A stretch of DNA of 32,000 nt from an uncultured bacterium (lineage in GTDB: Bacteria > GCA-001730085), in assembly GCA_964565945.1 (NCBI GenBank), contig CAZMGY010000021.1, forward strand, positions 150,001 through 182,000, given 5' to 3'. The position numbers and the translations under genes were made by a program. Positions 17,518-29,187 of this stretch are shown here, one piece after another. The notes beneath the pieces were generated by a model. The model made no database searches and was not told where the DNA came from. It saw only the letters and a list, made by a program, of their open reading frames with translations. Numbering within the stretch: the stretch's first letter is position 1; every line of letters begins with the position of its first letter.

Positions 17518-17577
17518 TTTTTCACGTGCATATGATAGATGATGACTAGATTTAATAAGTAAAGAAAGGATTAACCT

Positions 17578-18672
17578 ATGGAATTCGAATGCTCAAAAAA
17601 TGCGTTACTCAAATCTCTCAACATAATTTCTAATGTTGTGAACGATCGACAAACGATTCCTATTTTGTCGAATGTCCTCTTAGAAACCCAGGGACAAAAT
17701 AAAGTTATTTTATCGGCAACAGATCTTAAGGTGAGTGTTGAATCTCAATTAGATTCTCAAGTGATCACCGCAGGAAGTATGACGGTTCCTGCCAAAAGAT
17801 TTGTTCAAATTATCAAAGAATTGCCTGATGCACCCGTCAAGTTTTCGAAACATGCTCAAAATCACGTACTTATCGAATGTTTGCAAAGTCAATTTAAAAT
17901 TATTGGGCTTCCCAAAGAAGAGTTCCCCCATATTTCTTTTTTTGAAGACAATGCATTTCAAATTCTTCAAAAAGATCTTAAAGATGCGATCAAAAAAGTA
18001 ATTATTTCTATTTCGCCTGATACCACGCGTCATATTTTGAATGGGGTTTACTTTCAATTCTCTCAAGGGGAAATTGTTTTGGTAGCAACGGATGGTCGCC
18101 GCTTATCGCATGTTAGGCTTGCGGTGGATATTCAAATGGATGGGGATAAAAGTGTGATTATTCCTGGGAAGATGTCTTTGGAATTATTACGCACTTTAGG
18201 CGAAGATGAGCATGTGAATGTGGGGGTTGGCGACAAAGAAATTGTTTTCGATTTTGGACATGTGCGCTATATGAGTCAGCTAATTGATGGCAAGTATCCT
18301 AACTTTGAACAAGTGATTCCCAAAGAGGTAAAACATCAGATTCAGTTAAATAGAGAGCAGTTTATTGGGGCTATTCGTCGATCCGCTGTATTAGTCGATC
18401 AAAAATTGAATCGCATCAAGTTAGAGTTATTGGAGAACAAGTGTGTGTTGACAACCAAAACGCCTGAACTTGGGGAGTCGGAAGAAATCTTGGATGTGCC
18501 TTACCAGGGGGAGTCTATTACCGTGGGGTTTGCGCCAAACTATTTGCTTGATGGTTTGAAGGTGATAGATGCGGATGAGGTAACGATCGGTCTCACTGAC
18601 GGTGGTAAAGCGGGGATCATTAAGGCCGATGAGCAATTTTTGTATGTGATTATGCCGATGAGGTTAATGTAA
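17578..18672 (+). CDS. dnaN: DNA polymerase III beta sliding clamp
   Basis: 364 aa. MEFECSKNALLKSLNIISNVV..R.TIPILSNVLLE, ATDG.RL, LIDGKYPNFEQVIP, and C-terminal YVIMPMRL. Confidence 0.97.
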   Translation: MEFECSKNALLKSLNIISNVVNDRQTIPILSNVLLETQGQNKVILSATDLKVSVESQLDSQVITAGSMTVPAKRFVQIIKELPDAPVKFSKHAQNHVLIECLQSQFKIIGLPKEEFPHISFFEDNAFQILQKDLKDAIKKVIISISPDTTRHILNGVYFQFSQGEIVLVATDGRRLSHVRLAVDIQMDGDKSVIIPGKMSLELLRTLGEDEHVNVGVGDKEIVFDFGHVRYMSQLIDGKYPNFEQVIPKEVKHQIQLNREQFIGAIRRSAVLVDQKLNRIKLELLENKCVLTTKTPELGESEEILDVPYQGESITVGFAPNYLLDGLKVIDADEVTIGLTDGGKAGIIKADEQFLYVIMPMRLM

Positions 18673-18678
18673 GGCCTT

Positions 18679-21395
<2,717 letters not shown>

Positions 21396-21432
21396 TAAAA
21401 AAGTAAAGCTATAAAGATAAAGGTTGGTCCTC

Positions 21433-23907
21433 ATGCGTGATGTTGTTGAAGGAAAAATTGTCAGTCGCGATATTGAAGAAGAAATGAAAACCTCTTACAC
21501 CACCTATGCGATGAGTGTGATTATTTCTCGTGCTTTACCAGATACGCGTGATGGCTTGAAGCCTTCGCAAAGACGTATTTTGTATGCGATGAAAGAATTA
21601 GGGTTAGAGCCGAATAAAAAGCATCGTAAATGTGCCAAAATTGCTGGTGATACATCGGGTAACTATCATCCTCATGGTGAGCAGGTTATTTATCCTACTT
21701 TGGTAAGAATGGCGCAAGATTTTAGTTTGCGTTACATGTTGGTGGATGGACAGGGCAACTTTGGTTCGATTGATGGTGACCCTCCTGCGGCCATGCGTTA
21801 CACTGAAGCTCGTATGCAGCATTCTGCTCAATTCATGATGGAAGATATCGACAAAAGGACGGTTGATTTTGTTCTTAATTACGATGAAACCCTGAAAGAG
21901 CCCTCTGTTTTACCTAGTAAGTTTCCTAACTTATTATGCAATGGATCGACTGGGATTGCGGTTGGGATGGCCACTAATATGCCACCACACAATATCCAAA
22001 ATGTATCTGCCTGTATCAATATGTTGATTGATAACCCGCAGGTGACTATTCTTGAACTAATTGATCTCATGCAAGGACCTGACTTCCCTACTGGTGGGGT
22101 GATTTGTGGACGTTCGGGGATTCATTTGGCTTATAATACTGGCAAAGGTGTGATTAAAATTCGTGCCCGTGTTCACGAAGAAGAAATGAAGGGCAATAAA
22201 ACGCGTCTGGTAATTACAGAGATTCCTTATCAAGTGAACAAATCTAACTTGATTGAAAGCATTGTGTCGTTGGTTCAAAATAAAGTAATGACAAGTATTG
22301 CCGATATTCGTGATGAGTCAGACAAAGATGGCTTACGTTTGGTTATTGAATTGAAACGTGATGAAAATCCAGAAGTTGCGCTTAATCAATTGTATAAGCA
22401 TACACAAATGCAAATATCTTACGGGATTAATATGTTGGCCTTGGTTAATAATCGTCCCAAGTTATTGAACCTTAAAGAATTATTAGCCACTTACGTTAAG
22501 CATCGCAAAGATATTATAATTCGACGCACGAAATTCGAATTAGATAAAGCCGAGCGTCGTGCCCACATTTTAGAAGGTTTACGTATTGCCTTAGATCATA
22601 TTGATGAGATTATCGAGTTGATTCGCTCGTCGAAAACAAGCACTGAAGCCAAGGCTGGTTTAATGGGTAAGTTTGAACTGTCCGAGATACAAGCGCAAGC
22701 GATTCTCGAAATGCAGTTGCAGCGTCTCACTGGTTTAGAGCGTAAAAAAATTGAAAATGAGTATCAAGAATTACTCAAACTGATTGCTAAAATTAAAGCT
22801 ATTTTGGCCAGTGAAGAGAAGATTTTTAAAATCATTAAAGATGAGCTCGATGAAGTGGTTAAGAAGCTTGGTGACGAACGTCGCACCGATATTGTTGAAG
22901 ATGATTCTGATATTGCCATTGAAGACTTGATTCCTTCCGAGGATATGGTGGTGACTATTACACATACTGGATATGTGAAAGCTATGCCAACTTCGACCTA
23001 TCGTAAACAAAATCGTGGTGGGCGTGGCGTAACAGGTATGGGAACTGGTGAAGAGGATTTTGTTCAAGATATGTTTATTGCCAATTCGCATGATTACCTT
23101 ATGTTCTTTACTAACTTAGGAAAAGTGTATTGGCAAAAAGTCTATCAGCTTCCTCAGGGAAGTCGGATCGCTAAAGGAAAAGCTATTGTGAATCTTTTGA
23201 ATCTCAGTGAAGATGAAAAAGTTCAAGCGTATATGCCGATCAAGGAGTTTAAAGAAAATGAACATCTTGTCTTTGCTTCGAAAAAAGGTTTGATCAAAAA
23301 AAGTAAACTGACCGCTTATTCGCGACCACGGAGCAATGGAATTATTGCTTTAACGATTGAGGAAGGTGATGAGTTGATTGATGTGATGCGTAGCAATGGG
23401 GAGCAAGAGATTTTAATTGCGACCCATGAAGGAATGGCTGTTCGCTTTAAAGAAAGTGATGTGCGGGTGATGGGACGAAGTGCCAAAGGTGTTCGTGCGA
23501 TCAAACTTAAAAAAGATAATGATTACGTTGTGGGTATGGTTGTGCTTGATCACGATATGGCTATTCTAACGGTGTCTCAAAACGGTTATTGCAAAAAAAC
23601 CAATATCGAACAGTATCGTTTACAGAACAGGGGAGGTTCTGGCATTATTAATATCAAAACCGTTCCCAAAATTGGCAAAGTGGTGGCGATCAAAGCTGTG
23701 CACAACAAGGATGATATAATGGTGATAACCGTGAATAGCATGATTATTCGTTATACCGTAACTTCCATTCGTGCTGCTGGGCGAAACACTCAAGGTGTGA
23801 AGGCGATTAAGCTCAAAGAAAAAGACTTGGTGGCTTCTGTCGCACATGTGATTAACGAGGGAAAAGAAGACGAAATTGCTGAAATCGTTGAGGAGAATGC
23901 GGAATAA
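21433..23907 (+). CDS. gyrA: DNA gyrase subunit A
   Basis: IEEEMKTSYTTYAMSVIISRALPDTRDGLKPSQRRILYAM, the active-site AAMRYTEARM region, and C-terminal beta-pinwheel repeats. I prefer the ATG at 21433 over the TTG at 21424. Confidence 0.97.
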   Translation: MRDVVEGKIVSRDIEEEMKTSYTTYAMSVIISRALPDTRDGLKPSQRRILYAMKELGLEPNKKHRKCAKIAGDTSGNYHPHGEQVIYPTLVRMAQDFSLRYMLVDGQGNFGSIDGDPPAAMRYTEARMQHSAQFMMEDIDKRTVDFVLNYDETLKEPSVLPSKFPNLLCNGSTGIAVGMATNMPPHNIQNVSACINMLIDNPQVTILELIDLMQGPDFPTGGVICGRSGIHLAYNTGKGVIKIRARVHEEEMKGNKTRLVITEIPYQVNKSNLIESIVSLVQNKVMTSIADIRDESDKDGLRLVIELKRDENPEVALNQLYKHTQMQISYGINMLALVNNRPKLLNLKELLATYVKHRKDIIIRRTKFELDKAERRAHILEGLRIALDHIDEIIELIRSSKTSTEAKAGLMGKFELSEIQAQAILEMQLQRLTGLERKKIENEYQELLKLIAKIKAILASEEKIFKIIKDELDEVVKKLGDERRTDIVEDDSDIAIEDLIPSEDMVVTITHTGYVKAMPTSTYRKQNRGGRGVTGMGTGEEDFVQDMFIANSHDYLMFFTNLGKVYWQKVYQLPQGSRIAKGKAIVNLLNLSEDEKVQAYMPIKEFKENEHLVFASKKGLIKKSKLTAYSRPRSNGIIALTIEEGDELIDVMRSNGEQEILIATHEGMAVRFKESDVRVMGRSAKGVRAIKLKKDNDYVVGMVVLDHDMAILTVSQNGYCKKTNIEQYRLQNRGGSGIINIKTVPKIGKVVAIKAVHNKDDIMVITVNSMIIRYTVTSIRAAGRNTQGVKAIKLKEKDLVASVAHVINEGKEDEIAEIVEENAE

Positions 23908-24359
23908 TGGAACGAACTCTTGTTATTTTAAAACCCGATGCTGTGCAACGTCGTTTTGTGGGTAATATCATTGCTCGGTTCGAAAGTAAGGGATTTAAGT
24001 TGATCGGTATGAAGTTGGCTCAATTGAACGATAATATTCTTCAGAAGCATTACTCAGATCACATCGATAAACCTTTTTATCCTGGACTGGTTGAATTTAT
24101 GAAAAAGGGGCCTCTCGTTTTAATGGCTTTAGAAGGTCATGACGCCATTGCGGTTGTGCGCCAAATGATGGGGTCTACGAATGCTGCCGAAGCTCCTGCG
24201 GGAACGATTCGTGGAGATTTAGCTCTCACCAAAGGGTTTAACTTGGTGCATGGATCAGATTCTCCTGAGGCAGCTGCCAAAGAGTTAAAACTTTTCTTTA
24301 ACGACAAAGAGGTGTTGACATATAGTTTAGATACCGAGCCTTGGTTGTTGCCTAACTAA
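23907..24359 (+). CDS. ndk: Nucleoside diphosphate kinase
   Basis: 150 aa. MERTLVILKPDAVQRR..G.II.RFE.KGF, then NLVHGSDS with the catalytic His. The start overlaps the gyrA stop (TAATG). Confidence 0.95.
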   Translation: MERTLVILKPDAVQRRFVGNIIARFESKGFKLIGMKLAQLNDNILQKHYSDHIDKPFYPGLVEFMKKGPLVLMALEGHDAIAVVRQMMGSTNAAEAPAGTIRGDLALTKGFNLVHGSDSPEAAAKELKLFFNDKEVLTYSLDTEPWLLPN

Positions 24360-24391
24360 ACTTATTGATGACACTAAAAGAGTAAACTTTT

Positions 24392-25063
24392 TGAATCTAA
24401 ATTGAGGGTTCTGAGGAGAGACGTTTAATGTATTTTTTTTTGGGGGGGGCTACCTATTATCATGCTAGCTCCGTTGCTTTATTGTGTGACGGTATTATTG
24501 TTGCTAGATCTCACAAATAAGAACGCGAAATAAAATCTATGCTGTACTGACCCACTATGTCCTTCACAAAAAGTTTCTCTTTGTCCATGACTGTGGCTAT
24601 ATACTTTTTTTCACTTTATTCTCAAAGCACCATGTTCTTAAGGGCTCTTAAACTATCGTCACTGGTTTTCCAAATCCAGGCGCTTCACTCAAATTAGGTG
24701 CTGTGGCCTTAACGGTGGATTGGCTTTGGCTGAGAGGTGTTCTTTGAATTTTTCAAAATCTTTGGTCTGAATTAATGTTCATAGGTTCGAAAAGTGCGCT
24801 TAAATCCATCAATACATGAATTCTGTGTTAGTTTTATTCCTCAAGTTTTTTAAGTTTTGTAATATCAGCGGCTTCCATTTCTCTGTATTTGGAACACCTA
24901 GTTCTTTTTCTAGGCAAATATCTTTTGGGATGTGAGCATTTTTAAAAACTTTTGCTGTGTTTAATATTGGGCTTTCTGTATAGCGTAACTTTCTCATCTA
25001 GGTTGCTTTGTTTTTTGAGGAGAACACTATTTTATCGCGACGTTATTTTTAGGGAGCATTACA
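24392..25063 (-). mobile_element. Internally deleted, decayed IS3-family element, copy B, 672 bp, same family and orientation as copy A
   Basis: The left end, read on the reverse strand from 25063, is tgtaatgctccctaaaaata. The right end, tgaatctaaattgagggttc (24392->), aligns with the copy A end tgtaatgctctctaaattaggttc apart from a 4-nt gap. A 29-nt block at 24971-24999 is identical to 9301-9329. The OrfA remnant (24997..24809) reads MRKLRYTESPILNTAKVFKNAHIPKDICLEKELGVPNTEKWK..., compared with IS3-family MRKsRyTEeqI...lKe.e.G..vkdlCRkhGiS..TfY.WK. The OrfB-tail remnant (about 24654..24450) reads DDSLRALKNMVL*...VKDIVGQYSIDF..., compared with ERFFRSLKNE...I..YI..YN. Confidence 0.7.
24655..24698 (-). 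repeat. parA-derived sequence patch, inverted, embedded in IS copy B
   Basis: The reverse complement of 24655-24694 is atttgagtgaagcgcctggatttggaaaaccagtgacgat. parA 27809-27848 reads atttgagtgaagcgcctggatttggaaagccagtgacgat, a 39/40 match. Including 4 more nt gives 42/44. Similarity drops sharply beyond both ends. Confidence 0.9.
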
Positions 25064-25308
25064 CTCTGAGGAGGTGTGTGTATGAGGGAGTGATGTGTTA
25101 TAGAATCTATCTAGCTGTGACGATATGGGAAAAATCCTAATGTACGCTCTTACAAAAATCTAGTGAGCGTATGTGTGTGGTTAACTGGATTAGGTTTGTA
25201 TAAAAGTGTTAATCAAAAAGATCTTGTTTTTCTTTGGTTTATTATATATAGTAGGAGCCTATTCTTTATTTAGGAGTGTTCTTGTAAGAACTACGGAAAG
25301 GGAAACAC

Positions 25309-27111
25309 GTGCAATATTTCGATGTGATAGTGGTCGGTGGTGGGCATGCTGGCTGTGAAGCCGCGTTGGCCGCAAGCCGCATGGGGTTGCAAACAGCTAT
25401 GATTACTATGGACACTGAGGCTATAGGTCGTATGTCTTGCAATCCCTCTATCGGTGGTTTAGCCAAAAGTCAACTTGCTCGTGAAGTGGATGCGTTAGGG
25501 GGAGAAATGGGGCGGAACACAGATGCCACCTCTATTCAGTTTCGGATTCTGAATACAAAAAAAGGAGCTGCGGTCCGTGCTTATCGGGTCCAGTCCGATA
25601 AGTATGCCTATGAACAACGTATGCAATCTGTGGTGGCTGCTCAGGAAAACTTGACTGTTGTGTCGGGAACAGTTGCCAAATTATGGATTGAAAATAATGT
25701 TCTTAAAGGAGCGAGGGGACAAAATGGACAGGAGTGGTCCTGTTCTGCTCTTGTGGTAACCGCGGGAACGTTTTTGAACGGTTATATTCATCGAGGGCTA
25801 TCTGGCTATGATGGAGGTCGTGATGGAGAGTCTGCGGCCAAAGGTTTGGCGGAAGCATTGATTGATACGGGTTTTCGCATTGGGCGTTTAAAGACAGGGA
25901 CTCCTGCGCGGATTCGTCGTCAAAATATTGATTTCTCCAAGATGGATGAGCAACCGAGTGATCATCCTGTCCGAACATTTTCCTTTGATCCTCCAGCTAA
26001 AACCCTTCCGCATGTATCGTGTTTTATCACTTATTCGAATGAAAAAACCCACCAATTGGTGCGTGATAATTTTGATCAATCACCAATATATACTGGCGTG
26101 ATTAAAGGGGTCGGGCCTCGTTATTGTCCTTCTTTTGAAGATAAGGTGGTACGATTCCCTGATCGGGGACGTCATCAGATCTTTCTGGAACCGGAAGGTT
26201 TGGAAACGGATGAGTTTTATGTGAATGGTCTTTCGACTAGTTTACCAGCCGAAGTGCAGTTGCAAATGTTGCATAGTATTCCTGGTTTGGAAAATGCCGA
26301 AGTGATTCGCTATGGCTATGCAGTTGAGTATGATTTTTTATTTCCCAATCAGTTGCAGCGGACTTTAGAAACCAAGGGAATTGAAGGTCTTTATTTGGCA
26401 GGGCAGGTAAATGGGACGTCGGGTTATGAAGAAGCTGCGGCTCAGGGGATTGTGGCAGGGATCAATGCTGCACTCAAAATTAAGGAAGAACCCGCCTTAG
26501 TATTGGGCCGTGATGAGGCTTATATCGGAGTGTTGATTGATGACTTGATTACTAAAAATACCGAAGAGCCTTATCGGATGTTTACCTCTTTAGCTGAGAA
26601 CCGTTTACTGCTTCGTAATGACAATGCGGATATGCGCTTAACAGAAAAGGGATATCGGGTTGGTCTCATTTCTCAGGATCGCTATAATCAGTTTGTGCAA
26701 AAAAAAGATATGTTCCATCAAGAAATAGATCGTTTGCATGTTTTGATGTCGAAAGAGCGTGAGGTGAATGCGATATTGCGTGGTGGGAAAGCCGTGGCTG
26801 ATGATTACCCTATGAGGGAAAATAATGAAATATTAAGCTTAGATTTGAAGGAATATATTTTGACCGAAATCAAGTACGAGGGGTACATGGAAAGGCAAAA
26901 AAAAGATATTGAGCGGATGAAAAAATTAGACCATATTGCTATCCCTGAGAGTTTGCCTTTTTTGCAATTACATGGTCTTAAAAAGGAAGCCCAGGAAAAA
27001 CTTAATCATGTGAAGCCGGCAACAATTGGACAGGCATCTCGTATTATGGGGGTGAGTCCAGCGGATATTGCGATTTTAATGGTGCATGTCGAACAATTTC
27101 AAAGATCTTAA
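25309..27111 (+). CDS. mnmG: tRNA uridine 5-carboxymethylaminomethyl modification enzyme MnmG (GidA)
   Basis: 600 aa with a GTG start. [43 protein letters not shown] and [14 protein letters not shown]. Confidence 0.97.
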   Translation: MQYFDVIVVGGGHAGCEAALAASRMGLQTAMITMDTEAIGRMSCNPSIGGLAKSQLAREVDALGGEMGRNTDATSIQFRILNTKKGAAVRAYRVQSDKYAYEQRMQSVVAAQENLTVVSGTVAKLWIENNVLKGARGQNGQEWSCSALVVTAGTFLNGYIHRGLSGYDGGRDGESAAKGLAEALIDTGFRIGRLKTGTPARIRRQNIDFSKMDEQPSDHPVRTFSFDPPAKTLPHVSCFITYSNEKTHQLVRDNFDQSPIYTGVIKGVGPRYCPSFEDKVVRFPDRGRHQIFLEPEGLETDEFYVNGLSTSLPAEVQLQMLHSIPGLENAEVIRYGYAVEYDFLFPNQLQRTLETKGIEGLYLAGQVNGTSGYEEAAAQGIVAGINAALKIKEEPALVLGRDEAYIGVLIDDLITKNTEEPYRMFTSLAENRLLLRNDNADMRLTEKGYRVGLISQDRYNQFVQKKDMFHQEIDRLHVLMSKEREVNAILRGGKAVADDYPMRENNEILSLDLKEYILTEIKYEGYMERQKKDIERMKKLDHIAIPESLPFLQLHGLKKEAQEKLNHVKPATIGQASRIMGVSPADIAILMVHVEQFQRS

Positions 27112-27153
27112 ACGAATTAGCTCTGTAGCGAGTTAAGAGAAAGGCGGGAAGGA

Positions 27154-27933
27154 ATGCTTAAACGTGTGATGGCCATAGCTAACCAAAAGGGTGGCGTTGG
27201 TAAAACGACGACAGCGATTAATCTGTCGGCGGCTTTGGCGATGGCTGGGGAGAAGGTGTTATTTGTGGATATTGATCCACAAGCTAATGGTACGAGTGGA
27301 TTAGGAATTAAGCCCGATCAAAGTAGTAAAACTTTATACGATGTGATGATGCAAGAGAAAATGTATGAGGAGTCTATTTTACCTGCAGAGATCGAAGGGC
27401 TTTTTGTGTTGCCTGCTGAATCTGATTTGTTTGGTTTAGATTCTGAGATGATGGGGCGAGAGGGGCGCGAGTTTATTTTGCGACGTTGTTTAAAAATAGT
27501 GGCCGATCAGTATGATTTTATTATTATTGACTGCCCCCCTTCACTTACCCTGTTAACTGTCAATGCTCTTAGTACGGCTGACTCTATTTTGGTACCAGTG
27601 CAATGCCAGTACTATGCTTTAGAGGGGTTGTCTCAGTTGCTTAAAACGGTTGATTTGTGTGTGGAAGGTTTGAATCCTCATTTATCGATTGAAGGCTTTT
27701 TACTTACCATGTATGAGAAAAATAATGAACTTGCTAATCATGTGGTTACCGAAGTGCGTGAACATTTTAAAGACAAAGTGTTTCAAACGGTTATTGAACG
27801 GGATCCTTATTTGAGTGAAGCGCCTGGATTTGGAAAGCCAGTGACGATGTATCAGATGAGGTGTGTAGGAGCCGAAAACTATATTGAGTTAGCACAAGAA
27901 CTGTTAGAGAAATATAGCTTGGTGGAAGCTTAA
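27154..27933 (+). CDS. parA: Chromosome partitioning ATPase ParA/Soj
   Basis: 259 aa. Deviant Walker A ANQKGGVGKTTTAINL, then IIIDCPPSL and YLSEAPGFGKPV. Confidence 0.95.
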   Translation: MLKRVMAIANQKGGVGKTTTAINLSAALAMAGEKVLFVDIDPQANGTSGLGIKPDQSSKTLYDVMMQEKMYEESILPAEIEGLFVLPAESDLFGLDSEMMGREGREFILRRCLKIVADQYDFIIIDCPPSLTLLTVNALSTADSILVPVQCQYYALEGLSQLLKTVDLCVEGLNPHLSIEGFLLTMYEKNNELANHVVTEVREHFKDKVFQTVIERDPYLSEAPGFGKPVTMYQMRCVGAENYIELAQELLEKYSLVEA

Positions 27934-28013
27934 GGTTTGATTGTTGGAGGCCTGTGTTTTTAACGCGAGGAAACTTGTTAAGGAAATAATTTTTTAAGAA
28001 AAGGAGAAGTGTT

Positions 28014-28877
28014 ATGGAGCGTGCAGTTTTAGGGAGAGGACTCAGGGCATTAATTCCAGATAAAAAAGAAAGTGGCAAGGGGCCAAAAGTGGTGGATATT
28101 TCATTAGGCTTGATTGTGCCTAACCGGCATCAACCACGTTTGTATTTTGATCCTTCTAAGCTGAGTCAATTGGCAGCATCAATTAAGGAAAAAGGTGTTT
28201 TGCAGCCAATCTTGGTTCGTAAGCGAACCGATGATGAAGGCTATGAGATCATTGCTGGCGAACGGCGCTTTCGTGCTTGCAAACAGTTGGGATTTATGAC
28301 GATTTCGGCGATTGTAAAAGAGGCGACCGAGGCAGACAGTTGTGAGCTGGCTTTGATCGAAAATATTCAGCGTAGCGATTTGAATTGGATTGAAAAAGCG
28401 GTCGCTTACAGGCGTTATATGGATGAATTTAATATGACGCAAGAGCAGCTTGGACAAAAGTTAGGTGTGAGTCGGACTTCAGTTACCAATACATTACGTC
28501 TTTTGAGTTTGCCTGAAGATATTCAGGAGAAAGTTAAGTCGGGGGAGGTTACTTTTTCTCATGCCAAGGTCCTTATGTCTCTGCCATCGATTGAGGAGCA
28601 ACGTCAAGCTATGACTGAGTTGATTACTGATGAGTTGAGTTCGGTGGAGCTGGATGACTGGATTAAGGAACGTAAAGGTGTTGAGCGAGCGCGACGGATC
28701 AAGCCTGACCAAAATTCGCATGTCATGGCCTTGGAAGAAAATTTACGCGAAACTTTGGGAACTAAAGTTTCTGTTAAGTATAAAGAAAAAACCAAGAAAG
28801 GTTCAATCACGATTGAGTATTACTCTTTGGATGATTTAGAGCGTTTGGTTGACCGCATCAAAGAAGAAGGTTTTTAA
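28014..28877 (+). CDS. parB: Chromosome partitioning protein ParB/Spo0J
   Basis: 287 aa. LGRGLRALIP, PNRHQPR, GVLQPILVR, IIAGERRFRA, and HTH QEQLGQKLGVSRTSVTNTLRLL. AAGGAG SD upstream. Confidence 0.95.
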   Translation: MERAVLGRGLRALIPDKKESGKGPKVVDISLGLIVPNRHQPRLYFDPSKLSQLAASIKEKGVLQPILVRKRTDDEGYEIIAGERRFRACKQLGFMTISAIVKEATEADSCELALIENIQRSDLNWIEKAVAYRRYMDEFNMTQEQLGQKLGVSRTSVTNTLRLLSLPEDIQEKVKSGEVTFSHAKVLMSLPSIEEQRQAMTELITDELSSVELDDWIKERKGVERARRIKPDQNSHVMALEENLRETLGTKVSVKYKEKTKKGSITIEYYSLDDLERLVDRIKEEGF

Positions 28878-28918
28878 TGGACCTTGCAGGTTGATTGCTG
28901 GAGTTTGTTATTGGAGAA

Positions 28919-29182
28919 ATGATGTCGGATTCGAAAGGTCGCTTAGAGTTGGCCTATTATTTGAACTTAACTTTAAGTTTAGGTTTCACCGTTTCCGCCA
29001 CGATAGCTATTGGGGGTGTTGGGGGATATTTTGTGGATAAGTATTTGTGTGGACAGGTAGGGCTATTTTTTATTCTCGGTTTGGTTCTGGGAGTTGTGGC
29101 AGCTTTTTATCAAGCTTTTTGCAGAATTATGAGTAAAGAATTCCCTGAGGATCAACCATCGTCGTCAACTGAGGATGTGTAA
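28919..29182 (+). CDS. AtpZ/AtpR-type small membrane protein of F-ATPase operons (ATPase_gene1-like)
   Basis: Two-TM protein: ...LAYYLNLTLSLGFTVSATIAIGGVGGYFVDKYL....LFFILGLVLGVVAAFYQAF. This matches the typical pattern l....G.llG..lD.....P......l.lG...g. It is the first gene of the atp operon. I prefer the ATG at 28919 or 28922, just after GGAGAA, over the TTG at 28895. Confidence 0.6.
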   Translation: MMSDSKGRLELAYYLNLTLSLGFTVSATIAIGGVGGYFVDKYLCGQVGLFFILGLVLGVVAAFYQAFCRIMSKEFPEDQPSSSTEDV

Positions 29183-29187
29183 AATCT

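Noticed and set aside
17515-17530. Possible parS site (tttttcacgtgcatat) in the dnaA-dnaN spacer
   Set aside because: Only the left half and the central CACGTG match TGTTNCACGTGAAACA. The right half has 4 of 5 mismatches. No other candidate in the window did better, for example ttacgtgaaacg near 14888.
24428-24520. Plus-strand mini-ORF MYFFLGGATYYHASSVALLCDGIIVARSHK, which resembled the N-terminus of NodU/CmcH-type carbamoyltransferases (LGIS..YHDSAAAL..DG.IVAA)
   Set aside because: The same DNA read on the minus strand aligns codon by codon with the OrfB tail of IS3 copy A (VKDIVGQYSIDF... versus VRDITQKWVMEYN...). It also lies between the two recognisable ends of IS copy B. The carbamoyltransferase resemblance is short and best explained as chance on the antisense strand.
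24700-24997. The possibility that ORF 24809-24997 and its downstream region are a decayed parA paralogue (for example VPNTEKWKPL versus VPVQCQYYAL, and IDGFKRTFRTYEH versus IEGFLLTMYEK)
   Set aside because: The match to IS3-family OrfA is much stronger and collinear from the first codon (MRKLRYTE..ILN..K.F.N....KDIC.E..G..N.T..KWK, then a leucine-zipper-like tail). The region is also homologous at DNA level to IS copy A. Only the 40-44 nt patch at 24655-24698 is demonstrably parA-derived.
28849-29040. 63-aa plus-strand ORF overlapping the parB end and the atpZ-like start
   Set aside because: It is out of frame with both flanking genes, which have better-supported calls, and it has no membrane or other recognisable features.
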